Positions 26,957-35,382 of a stretch of 64,000 nucleotides of DNA are shown in pieces; position 1 is the first letter of the stretch; each line of letters starts with the position of its first letter. The position numbers and the translations under genes are program-made. The notes below the pieces were generated by a model, which did no database searches, had not been told where the DNA came from, and saw only the letters and a program-made list of their open reading frames with translations. Location: contig DASYTL010000013.1 of assembly GCA_036002305.1 (NCBI GenBank), forward strand, positions 18,935 to 82,934. Direction: 5' to 3'. This DNA comes from Candidatus Limnocylindria bacterium. Its GTDB lineage: Bacteria; Chloroflexota; Limnocylindria; P2-11E.

Positions 26957-27813
26957 TGGCCGGGCGCCCGGTGACGATGTCGGCGAAGCTACGGCAGGCG
27001 CTCCTGTATTTCGTGATGCTGGCCGTGGTCGTCGTTTTCGCGACGCCGTTCGTCTGGATGTTCGGGTCCGCCCTGAAGACACAGGGTGACATCTTCGCCC
27101 ACGCATATCCGCTCAGCTGGGAGACGATCGTCCCCTCGCGGCCAACATTGGATAACTTCGCCAGCGTCATTGTCGGGCGAGGTATCGGCCGCAATTTCCT
27201 CAACAACGTCATCGTCGCAGCGGCACAGGTCGTCCTCACGGTCGCCGTCTGTTCGATGGCGGCTTATGTGTTCGCCCGATTGCGTTTTCGAGGTCGGGAT
27301 GCGCTGTTTGGACTCGTTGTCTTTTCCGCGCTGATTCCCTTCGAGGCGACCATGATCCCGCTTTTCCAGGTCATGGGGACACTCGAGCTCCGGTCGACGT
27401 ACTTTGCGCTCTTCCTCCCGTGGGTCGCAAATCCCTTGGGGATCTTCCTGCTCCGTCAGGCGTTCCTCGAGGTTCCCCGCGAGTACGAGGAGGCTGCGCG
27501 AGTCGAGGGCGCCTCTCGCTTCCAAGTGTTCTGGAACATCGTGCTGCCGATGTCACGCCCGGCTCTGATCACGCTGACGCTGCTGACCTTCCTCTGGTCA
27601 TGGAACTCGTATCTCTGGCCGTTGATCGTCATGCAGGACCCCTCGAAGCAAGTGATCCAGGTGGCCATTGCCAGCTTCAGCGCGCCCGAACAGCTTCCGG
27701 CCTGGGGCGACATTTTCGCCGCATCGGCGCTCGCTACCATCCCGGTCCTCAGCGTCTTCCTCCTACTCCAGCGGTATTACGTGCGTGGCGTCGCAATGTC
27801 TGGACTCAAGTGA
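26956..27813 (+). CDS. Carbohydrate ABC transporter permease
   Basis: EAA loop EAARVEGASRFQVFWNIVLPMSRPAL. The ATG overlaps the upstream TGA (TGATG). Confidence 0.9.
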   Translation: MAGRPVTMSAKLRQALLYFVMLAVVVVFATPFVWMFGSALKTQGDIFAHAYPLSWETIVPSRPTLDNFASVIVGRGIGRNFLNNVIVAAAQVVLTVAVCSMAAYVFARLRFRGRDALFGLVVFSALIPFEATMIPLFQVMGTLELRSTYFALFLPWVANPLGIFLLRQAFLEVPREYEEAARVEGASRFQVFWNIVLPMSRPALITLTLLTFLWSWNSYLWPLIVMQDPSKQVIQVAIASFSAPEQLPAWGDIFAASALATIPVLSVFLLLQRYYVRGVAMSGLK

Positions 27814-28838
27814 TGCCGCGAGATCCGCTCGCACCCGCGTGCGTCGCTGTCGGCGGGCTGACTCTCGACTCGGTGATCAGTGCCACCGGAGAAGTGCACT
27901 ACCGCCAGTGCGGAGGCAACGCGTACTACGCCGCGGTGGGTATGCGGCTGTGGGCGCAGCGGGTTGGCATCGTGAGCAGGGTCGGCTCGGACTACCCAAC
28001 CGAGTGTCTCAATGCACTCGGGGCCGCGGGCATCGATACATCGGGCATCCAAAAGCTCGACCGCCCCCACGCTCTTGCCGCCGGATATCAGTACGACGCG
28101 CGTGGCCACAGGCGACTCGTCGATCCGTCCGACCACGCCCGGCTGAACGAGCAGGCGTTCTTCCGGGGCGAGTGGGACGAACGATCGGCGGTGCTCAGAG
28201 TCTCGGAGGACATCCGACAGCATTTCGATCCTCAGCCCGCGGACCTCCCGCCATCATTCCGATCCGCGCGAGGCTTCCACATCGCGAATATGGGACACCG
28301 AGCGCAGCTGGCGTATCTCAGCCTTCTACAAGGCAAGGTCTTGAGTCTGGATGCGGGCGACCCGGATCTTGCACCGGCCGAACAGCGCAGCTTGTTCGGC
28401 GCGGCCGATCTGTTCTTGCCAAGCGAGATTCAAGCTCGAGCGATCGTTGGCGGCTCCGATGAAAACTTGCCGCGAGCCATGATCCCGCTTACGAGGCTCG
28501 GACCGTCAGTCGTCGCGGTCAAAGCCGGACGTCACGGCTCCTGGGTGCACGATTCGAAGGCCGGACGAACGTGGCACATTCCGGCGGTCGCCTCGGTTAG
28601 CGTTCAGGACCCCACCGGGGCGGGCGATGCCTACTGCGGCGGGTTCTTGGCCGCATTCGTCGCAGGCAATGACGCTCTTGAGTCGGGCCTTCGGGCGACG
28701 GTCTCCGCGTCTTTCGTCATTGAGGCATTCGATGTGAGGCACGGTTTGGGAATTTCGAGCGCCGATGCGGAGGCTCGGCTCGCAGAGCTGCGACCACGTG
28801 TCTCCGAGGCAACGCCAGATGGGTCGCGACGTTCATAG
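27813..28838 (+). CDS. PfkB family carbohydrate kinase (FrlD-like candidate)
   Basis: Contains GGNAYYAAVG near the N-terminus and DPTGAGDAYCGGF near the C-terminus. The ATG overlaps the upstream TGA. Confidence 0.85.
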   Translation: MPRDPLAPACVAVGGLTLDSVISATGEVHYRQCGGNAYYAAVGMRLWAQRVGIVSRVGSDYPTECLNALGAAGIDTSGIQKLDRPHALAAGYQYDARGHRRLVDPSDHARLNEQAFFRGEWDERSAVLRVSEDIRQHFDPQPADLPPSFRSARGFHIANMGHRAQLAYLSLLQGKVLSLDAGDPDLAPAEQRSLFGAADLFLPSEIQARAIVGGSDENLPRAMIPLTRLGPSVVAVKAGRHGSWVHDSKAGRTWHIPAVASVSVQDPTGAGDAYCGGFLAAFVAGNDALESGLRATVSASFVIEAFDVRHGLGISSADAEARLAELRPRVSEATPDGSRRS

Positions 28839-28849
28839 GAGATTGAACT

Positions 28850-30013
28850 GTGTCTGACGACAGCGACTTCGTGAACAAGCGTGCGGTCAGCGGAGAGACG
28901 ATGCTGAGCGCGATCGCTCGACAAGCTGATCTTGTCGGGGGCGCAGTCGACGGCGTCCAGTCGCAAGTCCGCCGCGTCGTCGATGAGGTTGCGCAGCGCG
29001 GCATCCAAAGCATCTATGTCACGGGGTGCGGCGATTCGCTGTACGCCGCGCTCGCGTCGCGCCTTGCCTTCGACATGCACTCGGGCTGCCGAATGGAGCC
29101 TGTCGAGGCTCTTGAGTTTTCCCGCTACATCGTCGGCAACATCTCCGAGCGATCCGCCGTCATCGGAGTCTCCGCGGGGGGGAACAAGAGCCGCACGATC
29201 GAGGCGATGAGGCGGGCGAGGGCGGCCGGAGCGCTCACCATCGCACTCACAGGCAAGGAGGGGACCGCCTTCGCTCGCGAGACTGACCTGGCCATCCACC
29301 AAAACGAGGCTGATTACCGCGTGCCCGCCCCGGCCGGAGAGGGCACATTCAAGATCGGTAACTACGTCGCCAGCATCGTGTCTCTCTACGTCGTTGCCCT
29401 CGACCTTGGCGTCAGCACCGGCAGATTGGATCCCGGCGGACACGCAACGCTCGTCAACGAGGTACGCCGAGCGGGCACGGTCATATCGCGCACCATCCAG
29501 GCGTGCGCCGATCCGGCGGACCGCGTCGCGAAGGCGCTGCGTTCAACGGACGGCTACCACATCCTCGGCGGCGGGCCCAGCTACGCGACGGCCCTTTTCA
29601 TGGCGGCGAAGATGTTCGAGCTCCCACAGCGCCATGGGGTCCCAGTCGAGCTCGAGGAGTGGGCCCACGAACAGTTCTTCATCACTCGCCCCGGAACGCA
29701 GGTGATCTTCATCGTCCCGCCTGGAGCGAGCCGGGATCGGGCGCATGAGCTGATTCGCGGCGCAAAGGCCATGGGCGCTCACGTCACGTCGATCTGTGAC
29801 TCTGAGGATCTCGAGACCCAGGCCATATCCGACACCACATGTCCCATCGTCGGGGCACTTCCGGAAGAGTTCTCGCCGCTGACCTACTGCGTACCGGGTC
29901 AGTTATTGGCCACCTCGCTGAGCCGAGCACTTGGCAACCCCGCATTCAAGTTCATCAGCAACAAGCAGTACGAGACGAATGTGCGGTTGGTCGCGGGAAG
30001 TCAGATCAAGTGA
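28850..30013 (+). CDS. SIS-domain protein (two SIS domains; FrlB/GlmS-isomerase-like deglycase candidate)
   Basis: Contains IYVTGCGDSLYAA, VIGVSAGGNKSRTIEAM and HILGGGPSYATALFMAAK. Confidence 0.85.
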   Translation: MSDDSDFVNKRAVSGETMLSAIARQADLVGGAVDGVQSQVRRVVDEVAQRGIQSIYVTGCGDSLYAALASRLAFDMHSGCRMEPVEALEFSRYIVGNISERSAVIGVSAGGNKSRTIEAMRRARAAGALTIALTGKEGTAFARETDLAIHQNEADYRVPAPAGEGTFKIGNYVASIVSLYVVALDLGVSTGRLDPGGHATLVNEVRRAGTVISRTIQACADPADRVAKALRSTDGYHILGGGPSYATALFMAAKMFELPQRHGVPVELEEWAHEQFFITRPGTQVIFIVPPGASRDRAHELIRGAKAMGAHVTSICDSEDLETQAISDTTCPIVGALPEEFSPLTYCVPGQLLATSLSRALGNPAFKFISNKQYETNVRLVAGSQIK

Positions 30014-30017
30014 GGGC

Positions 30018-31313
30018 ATGAGTACCGACCGGCAGACGTGGTTGGGCGTTGACCGATTGCTCGACGGAAGCGGGCAAGCGGCGCGCATGGATGTGGTGGT
30101 TGGGCTGTCCGGCTCAACGATCACCTGGGTCGGTTCCAAAGATGAGCTCGACGAGGACCGGCGCCGAAACGTGCAGTGGTTCGCCGGCTGCACGCTTCTT
30201 CCCGGTCTCATCGACATGCATACCCACCTGTCGCTGGCGGCGGATGGCCGCAGCTACGAGGAGATGGCTGCCAGCGATGACCGGACGATGGTCGACATCG
30301 CGGCCCGGAACGCGCTGATTCATCTTCAAGCCGGCGTGACGACCGTTCGGGAGAACGGCGCGCGAAACAACGTCGGGTTCACAGTCCGGGACGCCATCGC
30401 CGCGGGCGACTTTCAGGGCCCGCGCGTGTTGGCTAGCGGCCGGCCGATCACCCCCTCACGGGGGCACTTTCACTGGTGCAACGGGGTCGCGGATGGGGAA
30501 GCAGGCGTTCGCGCAGCGGCGAAGCGACTGGTCGCCCAGGGCGCGGATCACCTCAAGATCATGGCGAGCGGCGGAGGTACGAAATCGAGTGACCCTCGAC
30601 TGCCGTCTTACAGCACCGCTGAGCTGGCCGCGGCCGTCGATGTTGCGCACCAGCACGAGCGACTGACGACTGCCCACTGCCGAGCGACGGAGAGCCTCGC
30701 GCGAGCGCGGAGCGCGCGGGTCGACTGCGTGGAGCATGCCGAGTTCTTGGCTCCCGACGGCGAGATTCACTTCGACAGAGGCATTGCTGAGTCGCTGGTC
30801 GAATCGGGCGTCTACATCAGCCCAACCCTTCAGGCTTTTGGTCACTATCGCCTCCTGGAATTGAGGCGCTTGGCGCTGGAGCGCGGCCTCACCACCGAGG
30901 AGCAACTTGATCGTGACCGGCTCGAGCGGCACCTCGAAGCACATCTCCGCACTTTCGCGGCGCTCTTGGAGCTCGGTGCCGGCCCCAGAGTCGTTTACGG
31001 GTCCGACGCCGGGCCCCATGTGACCCGGTTCGGCGATGTGGTGTTCGGCCTCCAACTCATGGTGGAAGGTGGCATGACTCGGTCGCAAGCCATAGCAGCG
31101 GCAACCGGCGTAGCCGCTGGTGCTTGTGGACGCACCGACATTGGGGCTATTGCGGTCGGCAAACGTGCTGACTGCATCATCGTCCGAGGTGATCCGTCCG
31201 CTGACATCGCCGCACTTGGGCGGATGGTTGCGGTCTACAAGGACGGCGCCCTGATGCACGCTACGACTCAGGACTTCGCCGCCGCGTCTCGAGGATCAGC
31301 TCCGCCCCGCTAG
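30018..31313 (+). CDS. Amidohydrolase family protein (imidazolonepropionase / Xaa-Pro-dipeptidase-like)
   Basis: Contains PGLIDMHTHL (HxH), HLKIMASGG, TTAHC and YGSDAG. Confidence 0.85.
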   Translation: MSTDRQTWLGVDRLLDGSGQAARMDVVVGLSGSTITWVGSKDELDEDRRRNVQWFAGCTLLPGLIDMHTHLSLAADGRSYEEMAASDDRTMVDIAARNALIHLQAGVTTVRENGARNNVGFTVRDAIAAGDFQGPRVLASGRPITPSRGHFHWCNGVADGEAGVRAAAKRLVAQGADHLKIMASGGGTKSSDPRLPSYSTAELAAAVDVAHQHERLTTAHCRATESLARARSARVDCVEHAEFLAPDGEIHFDRGIAESLVESGVYISPTLQAFGHYRLLELRRLALERGLTTEEQLDRDRLERHLEAHLRTFAALLELGAGPRVVYGSDAGPHVTRFGDVVFGLQLMVEGGMTRSQAIAAATGVAAGACGRTDIGAIAVGKRADCIIVRGDPSADIAALGRMVAVYKDGALMHATTQDFAAASRGSAPPR

Positions 31314-31848
31314 TTCGCTGCGATTCGCTCCCGGAGCACTTGCTGAAGGATCCCGCCCTGCCGGACGTACTCGAGATCGGTCGGGTCGTCGACACGCGCC
31401 ACCACGTTCGTCCTGTCCCCCCGCGGTGATGTCGCCTCGACGCCGAGCTTCGCCTTCGGCGCGAGCTTGTCGAGCCCGCGGATCGTGAACATCTCGTGAC
31501 CGCTCAAGCCCAACGAGTCCATCGTCTCGCCGGGCATGAACTCGAGCGGGATGATGCCCATCATCACGAGATTCGAGCGGTGGATGCGCTCGAACGACTC
31601 CGTGATCGCCGCGCGCACGCCCATCAGGTTCGGGCCCTTCGCCGCCCAGTCGCGCGAGCTTCCCGAGCCGTACTCCTTGCCCGCGAAGACGACGAGCGGC
31701 CGCCCTCCTTCAGGCGGCGCACGGAGGCGTCGTAGATCGTCATCTCCTCGCCCGACGGGAAGCGGCGCGTCCACCAGCCTTCCTTCTCGACGAGCCTGTT
31801 GCGCAGGCGGACGCTCGCGAACGCCAGGGGAATGGCCCGCTGGGCCAT
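31310..31848 (-). pseudogene. acnA: Aconitate hydratase C-terminal fragment (about 175 codons) with one frameshift
   Basis: AFASVRLRNRLVEKEGWWTRRFPSGEEMTIYDASVRRLKEGG (one frame) continues as PLVVFAGKEYGSGSSRDWAAKGPNLMGVRAAITESFERIHRSNLVMMGIIPLEF...GGILQQVLRERIAAN* (another frame). A 1-nt loss near 31697-31701 explains the shift. About 700 N-terminal codons are absent. Confidence 0.88.
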
Positions 31849-31914
31849 CTGCTGGCATCCATTATCGATTTGAGCCGACGTCTCCCATTAAGCTGCCTAG
31901 GCGTGACTAGGTGG

Positions 31915-32652
31915 ATGCACGAACTGAAGTGGCCCGACATCGCCGAGTATCTGCGGACAAACGATGTGGTCTTAATACCCATTGGAAACGTCGAGCAGCA
32001 TGGTGCACATCTGCCGCTAATGACCGACGCGGCCCAGGCGATCGATGTGGCTGTCGCAGCCGCCGAGCGAACAGGCGTGCTGATCGCGCCACCGCTGTGG
32101 ATTGGATGGACTCCATGGCACATGGGGTTTCCGGGGAGCTTCACCCTCCGCGGTGAGACGCTCATCAGAGTTGCGGAAGATGTCTCTTACTGCCTCGTCT
32201 CCCACGGATTCAAGAAGCTCATTTGGATTACGCGCGGTTTCAACTCGGCGCCGTTGCGTCTAGCCCAGGCGAGCATCGGCAACCGAACGAACGCGCTCGT
32301 TGCAGTCCTGGATCACGCTGAGATCGTGGCCGCTGACGTCCATTCGCGGGACTGGGACGTCAGTGCGCACGCTGGCGGTGCTGAAACGTCCCACATGCTC
32401 TACCTGCATCCGGAGTTGGTCGATCTAACCAAAGCGACGGCCAACCCGTGGCCGTACAAAGACCTCACGACGATACCCACATACCTGCAGTTCAAACGGG
32501 ACGTGCCGACCGGCGGTGCCGGTGACCCGACACACGCATCTCGAGAGCAAGGACAGGAAATCTTCAAACGCGTGGTTGACGTAGTCGTCGCGTACATCGA
32601 TAAGGTGAGGCCGGTCGCGATCGAAACTTTGCCCGTTGATCTGCCGGTCTAG
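31915..32652 (+). CDS. Creatininase-family amidohydrolase with a divergent metal motif
   Basis: Contains PIGNVEQHGAHLPLMTD and SAHAGGAETS. The expected NGHGGN-type motif reads ITRGFN. The ATG at 31915 gives a typical family N-terminus (MHELKWPDIAEYL). Confidence 0.8.
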   Translation: MHELKWPDIAEYLRTNDVVLIPIGNVEQHGAHLPLMTDAAQAIDVAVAAAERTGVLIAPPLWIGWTPWHMGFPGSFTLRGETLIRVAEDVSYCLVSHGFKKLIWITRGFNSAPLRLAQASIGNRTNALVAVLDHAEIVAADVHSRDWDVSAHAGGAETSHMLYLHPELVDLTKATANPWPYKDLTTIPTYLQFKRDVPTGGAGDPTHASREQGQEIFKRVVDVVVAYIDKVRPVAIETLPVDLPV

Positions 32653-32684
32653 CCAGCATCCTCGAGGTTCCGAGAGCCGAGAGG

Positions 32685-33908
32685 CTATCGCCTGAATCGC
32701 ACCGGCATGTGGGCCGCAGCCTCCAACTTAGTCCGCTTGTCGCCGACGTACTCACCGGCCCACTCGACATTCGGGAAACGCGACAGCAGTTCCTCGAAAA
32801 GCACGCGGGCCACCAGGACGGCCAGCGGTGCACCGAGACAAAAGTGCGGCCCGTGGCCAAATGCCAAGTGCTTGATACTGGTCTTGCGAACGATATCGAA
32901 GCGAAATGGGTCCTCGAACACGTATGGGTCACGGTTGCCAGCGAGATACCACAAATAGATCTTGTCGCCTTCGGCGATCCGCACTCCCCGAATCTCCGCC
33001 GATCCGGTCGCGGTCCGCATCATGTACCGGACCGGGGTCACCCATCGCAACACTTCCTCTACCGCACGGTTGCTAAGTGATGAGTCCGCGGCCAGAACGG
33101 CCTTCTGATCGGGATGGTCGAGGAGGGCCCGCATTCCGCCGGAGAGGAGTCCCGAACTGGTGCCGATTCCGGCAAGAAAGACCGTCCGAGCCCACATGAG
33201 GACCTCTTCATCGGTGCATCGATCCCCGTTTCTCTCCGCGGAGATGAGATCAGAAATCAGATCGTCGCGCGGATTGAGTCGCCGATCGGCGATCTCCGCT
33301 TCCAGGTAGTTCAGCATCTCAGTCACAGCCCCGATGTCGGCCTTCCCGCCCGGTTCGACCGAGACGGAGTCGGTGCTCTCCCAGCGCTTAAGCTCTTCAG
33401 TTCGGCCGTCCGACACACCAAGCAAGTCGCACATCGCGCGAATGGGAACCGTCGTCGCGACGGCATCTACGAAGTCCACGACTTCGTCCGGCTGGATCTC
33501 GTCGAGCACTTGGCTCGCAATCGAGCGAATCCGAGGCTCGAGCGCGAGGATGGGCTTGGGGCTGAAACTGGGGCTGACCACGCGGCGCAGGTGTGTGTGG
33601 AGCGGGGGATCGGTGGTCCCCGGAAGCCTGAGAGCCACCCGCAGCCTCGGATCATCTGTGACGACGGAGTCCTGAAACGCGTACTGAAGGCTGACGCCGA
33701 AGCGGTTGACGAAGAGCTCTGCGTTGCTCTCCACCATCCGGATGTCCTCCCACCGCGAGAGGATCCACATCGGATCCCGGTATCGCGGCCGAGGATCGTA
33801 GTGATAGACGGGCGCGACACGGTGGAGCCATCGGATGGACTCGCTCGCGTTGTCGAAGAAGCTAGGCTCGATAATGTCAGGGAGCGGTTCGGGCCCAGTG
33901 CCTCTCAA
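32685..33908 (-). CDS. Cytochrome P450
   Basis: Heme loop FGHGPHFCLGAPLA, ExxR (EEVLRW) and I-helix AGIGTSS. Confidence 0.93.
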   Translation of the reverse strand: MRGTGPEPLPDIIEPSFFDNASESIRWLHRVAPVYHYDPRPRYRDPMWILSRWEDIRMVESNAELFVNRFGVSLQYAFQDSVVTDDPRLRVALRLPGTTDPPLHTHLRRVVSPSFSPKPILALEPRIRSIASQVLDEIQPDEVVDFVDAVATTVPIRAMCDLLGVSDGRTEELKRWESTDSVSVEPGGKADIGAVTEMLNYLEAEIADRRLNPRDDLISDLISAERNGDRCTDEEVLMWARTVFLAGIGTSSGLLSGGMRALLDHPDQKAVLAADSSLSNRAVEEVLRWVTPVRYMMRTATGSAEIRGVRIAEGDKIYLWYLAGNRDPYVFEDPFRFDIVRKTSIKHLAFGHGPHFCLGAPLAVLVARVLFEELLSRFPNVEWAGEYVGDKRTKLEAAAHMPVRFRR

Positions 33909-34034
33909 TTCGAGTAGATCCAGTCCGCCTCGAGCCTCGCCTCTGCCGGTTTCGATTTGTGTGGTCGCATTGGCGGAGCCAGTCTAGAGACCGACCGAGG
34001 TCAGCGATGACAAAACGAGGAGGGTTCGAGAGGG

Positions 34035-34364
34035 ATGCAGGTTCAGAAGGTCGTCCTCATGAAGTTTCCGAAGGGACTTTCAAGCGATGAACAAGAGCAG
34101 TTGCTCAACTTGTGTCGGTCACTCAAAGCTATCCCGGGCGTGAGGGCAGTCACGATCGGCCAAGACCAAGGCGAAGGCACAAGGGGCTTTGCTTACTGTT
34201 TTCTCGTTCGCTTCGACTCTGAGGAAGCGTACGTCGCTTATGAGCCGCATCCGGCACATCTTCTCCTCCGAGACTTCGTCGTTAAGCAGGAGGAGCACGA
34301 CGTCATCGGCTTCAATTTCCCGGTGCTTTCCGGCAACGAGTGGCTAGGCGTCCGCTCCGCGTAA
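34035..34364 (+). CDS. Dabb (stress-responsive alpha/beta barrel) domain protein
   Basis: 109 aa. Contains VVLMKF...IPGVRAVTIGQD...FAYCFLVRFDSEEAYVAYEPHPAH. Confidence 0.75.
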   Translation: MQVQKVVLMKFPKGLSSDEQEQLLNLCRSLKAIPGVRAVTIGQDQGEGTRGFAYCFLVRFDSEEAYVAYEPHPAHLLLRDFVVKQEEHDVIGFNFPVLSGNEWLGVRSA

Positions 34365-34451
34365 GCGCATAGACCCGGCGCTGATGCTGTTCCGCTCGTG
34401 CGCCGGATCTGTGCCGCGCCAGTCTGCGAAGGCTTGCCTAAGTGCGTGCGC

Positions 34452-35252
34452 TTAGCGACTTCGTGAACGTGTGGATGCCGCGCGCGAGTCGCGTTTGGGA
34501 GGGCGGTCATCGGCTCGCGTGCTAGTGGCCTGGTCGACGGCGATGCGAGCACGCGCCAGGTGAATGCGGACGAGCTCCGCGGCTTGCTCCGAGTCGCCCG
34601 CGGCAACCGCGTCTACGAGCTTGAGGTGATCTCGCAGCGACGGCCGGAGTTGCCCTTGCTGATCCAGAGTGCTCAGGTACGGAAGTCGGAGATGATCGCG
34701 TAGGTTGCTGATGAGCTTCGTGAGGAGTCCGTTTCCCGCGATAGCGACAAGGGTCAGATGGAATTCCCGATCGAGCTGTTGGAAGTCGACGAGGTTCGCT
34801 GCGCGTAGAGCGCGTTCGACGCGCACGTGCAGTCGGCGTGCTTTCTCAATCGCGCCGGCGGCGTTCGCGGCGTTTGCCGCAGCCTTGGCGAGTGCCTCCG
34901 TTTCCAGGAGGACTCTTACATCGAAGATCTCGTCGAGCTCTCGAGGCGTGTGGCCGACGACCCGGAACCCCCGATTTCGTTCAGGTTTGAGGATGCCGTC
35001 TCGCGCCAGCTCGAGTAGTGCCTCGCGGACCGGCGTCCGCGAGACGTTGAACATCGTGGCGAGCTGAGCCACTGATACGAGCCGCCCGGCCGCCAGGGAG
35101 CCTGTCACGATGAGTGCCTTTGTTTGGGAGTAAATTCTTTCTCGCAGGTTCGGCGGCGCCTCGATGGGTACCGTCGCTTCGCGGAGTAGTTCCGCCGGCG
35201 TCTTCACGACAACACGGGAGTCAGGGGAAGGGGTATTCACAGCAGACTGCAC
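34452..35252 (-). CDS. GntR family regulator, FadR subfamily (FCD domain)
   Basis: Winged helix-turn-helix (LVSVAQLATMFNVSRTPVREALLELARDGIL) plus a helical FCD domain (DREFHLTLVAIAGN). Start placed at the in-frame GTG 35252 to avoid overlap with the divergent monooxygenase gene. Confidence 0.85.
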   Translation of the reverse strand: MQSAVNTPSPDSRVVVKTPAELLREATVPIEAPPNLRERIYSQTKALIVTGSLAAGRLVSVAQLATMFNVSRTPVREALLELARDGILKPERNRGFRVVGHTPRELDEIFDVRVLLETEALAKAAANAANAAGAIEKARRLHVRVERALRAANLVDFQQLDREFHLTLVAIAGNGLLTKLISNLRDHLRLPYLSTLDQQGQLRPSLRDHLKLVDAVAAGDSEQAAELVRIHLARARIAVDQATSTRADDRPPKRDSRAASTRSRSR

Positions 35253-35279
35253 GATAAATAGGATACCTTGCGCGTAGCA

Positions 35280-35293
35280 TGTCACATATGACA
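35280..35293. promoter_or_regulatory. GntR-type operator candidate (TGTCA-N4-TGACA)
   Basis: TGTCACATATGACA lies in the 130-bp divergent intergenic region. It fits the generic GT-Nx-AC GntR half-site pattern. Confidence 0.35.
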
Positions 35294-35382
35294 CGTCGCA
35301 CAGGTGCCTGCAGCGAGGGGAGGGCGCGATGATCCCGCAGACCACGAGGCCGCCGAACGCAACGCTAACGGATCCGTACCTC

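Noticed and set aside
31310-31858. The aconitase fragment as a functional stand-alone swivel-domain (LeuD-like) protein
   Set aside because: The homologous region is split across two frames. The only ATG-initiated ORF begins with ~50 non-homologous Arg/Pro-rich residues, and there is no ribosome-binding site.
34358-34457. The inverted 10-11-nt match GCGTAAGCGCA / TGCGCTTAGCG spanning the two convergent stop codons, as a long-range bidirectional terminator
   Set aside because: The arms are ~75 nt apart and imperfect. A shorter local hairpin (CCGGCGC...GCGCCGG, 34375-34406) is equally plausible, and neither is strong enough to call.
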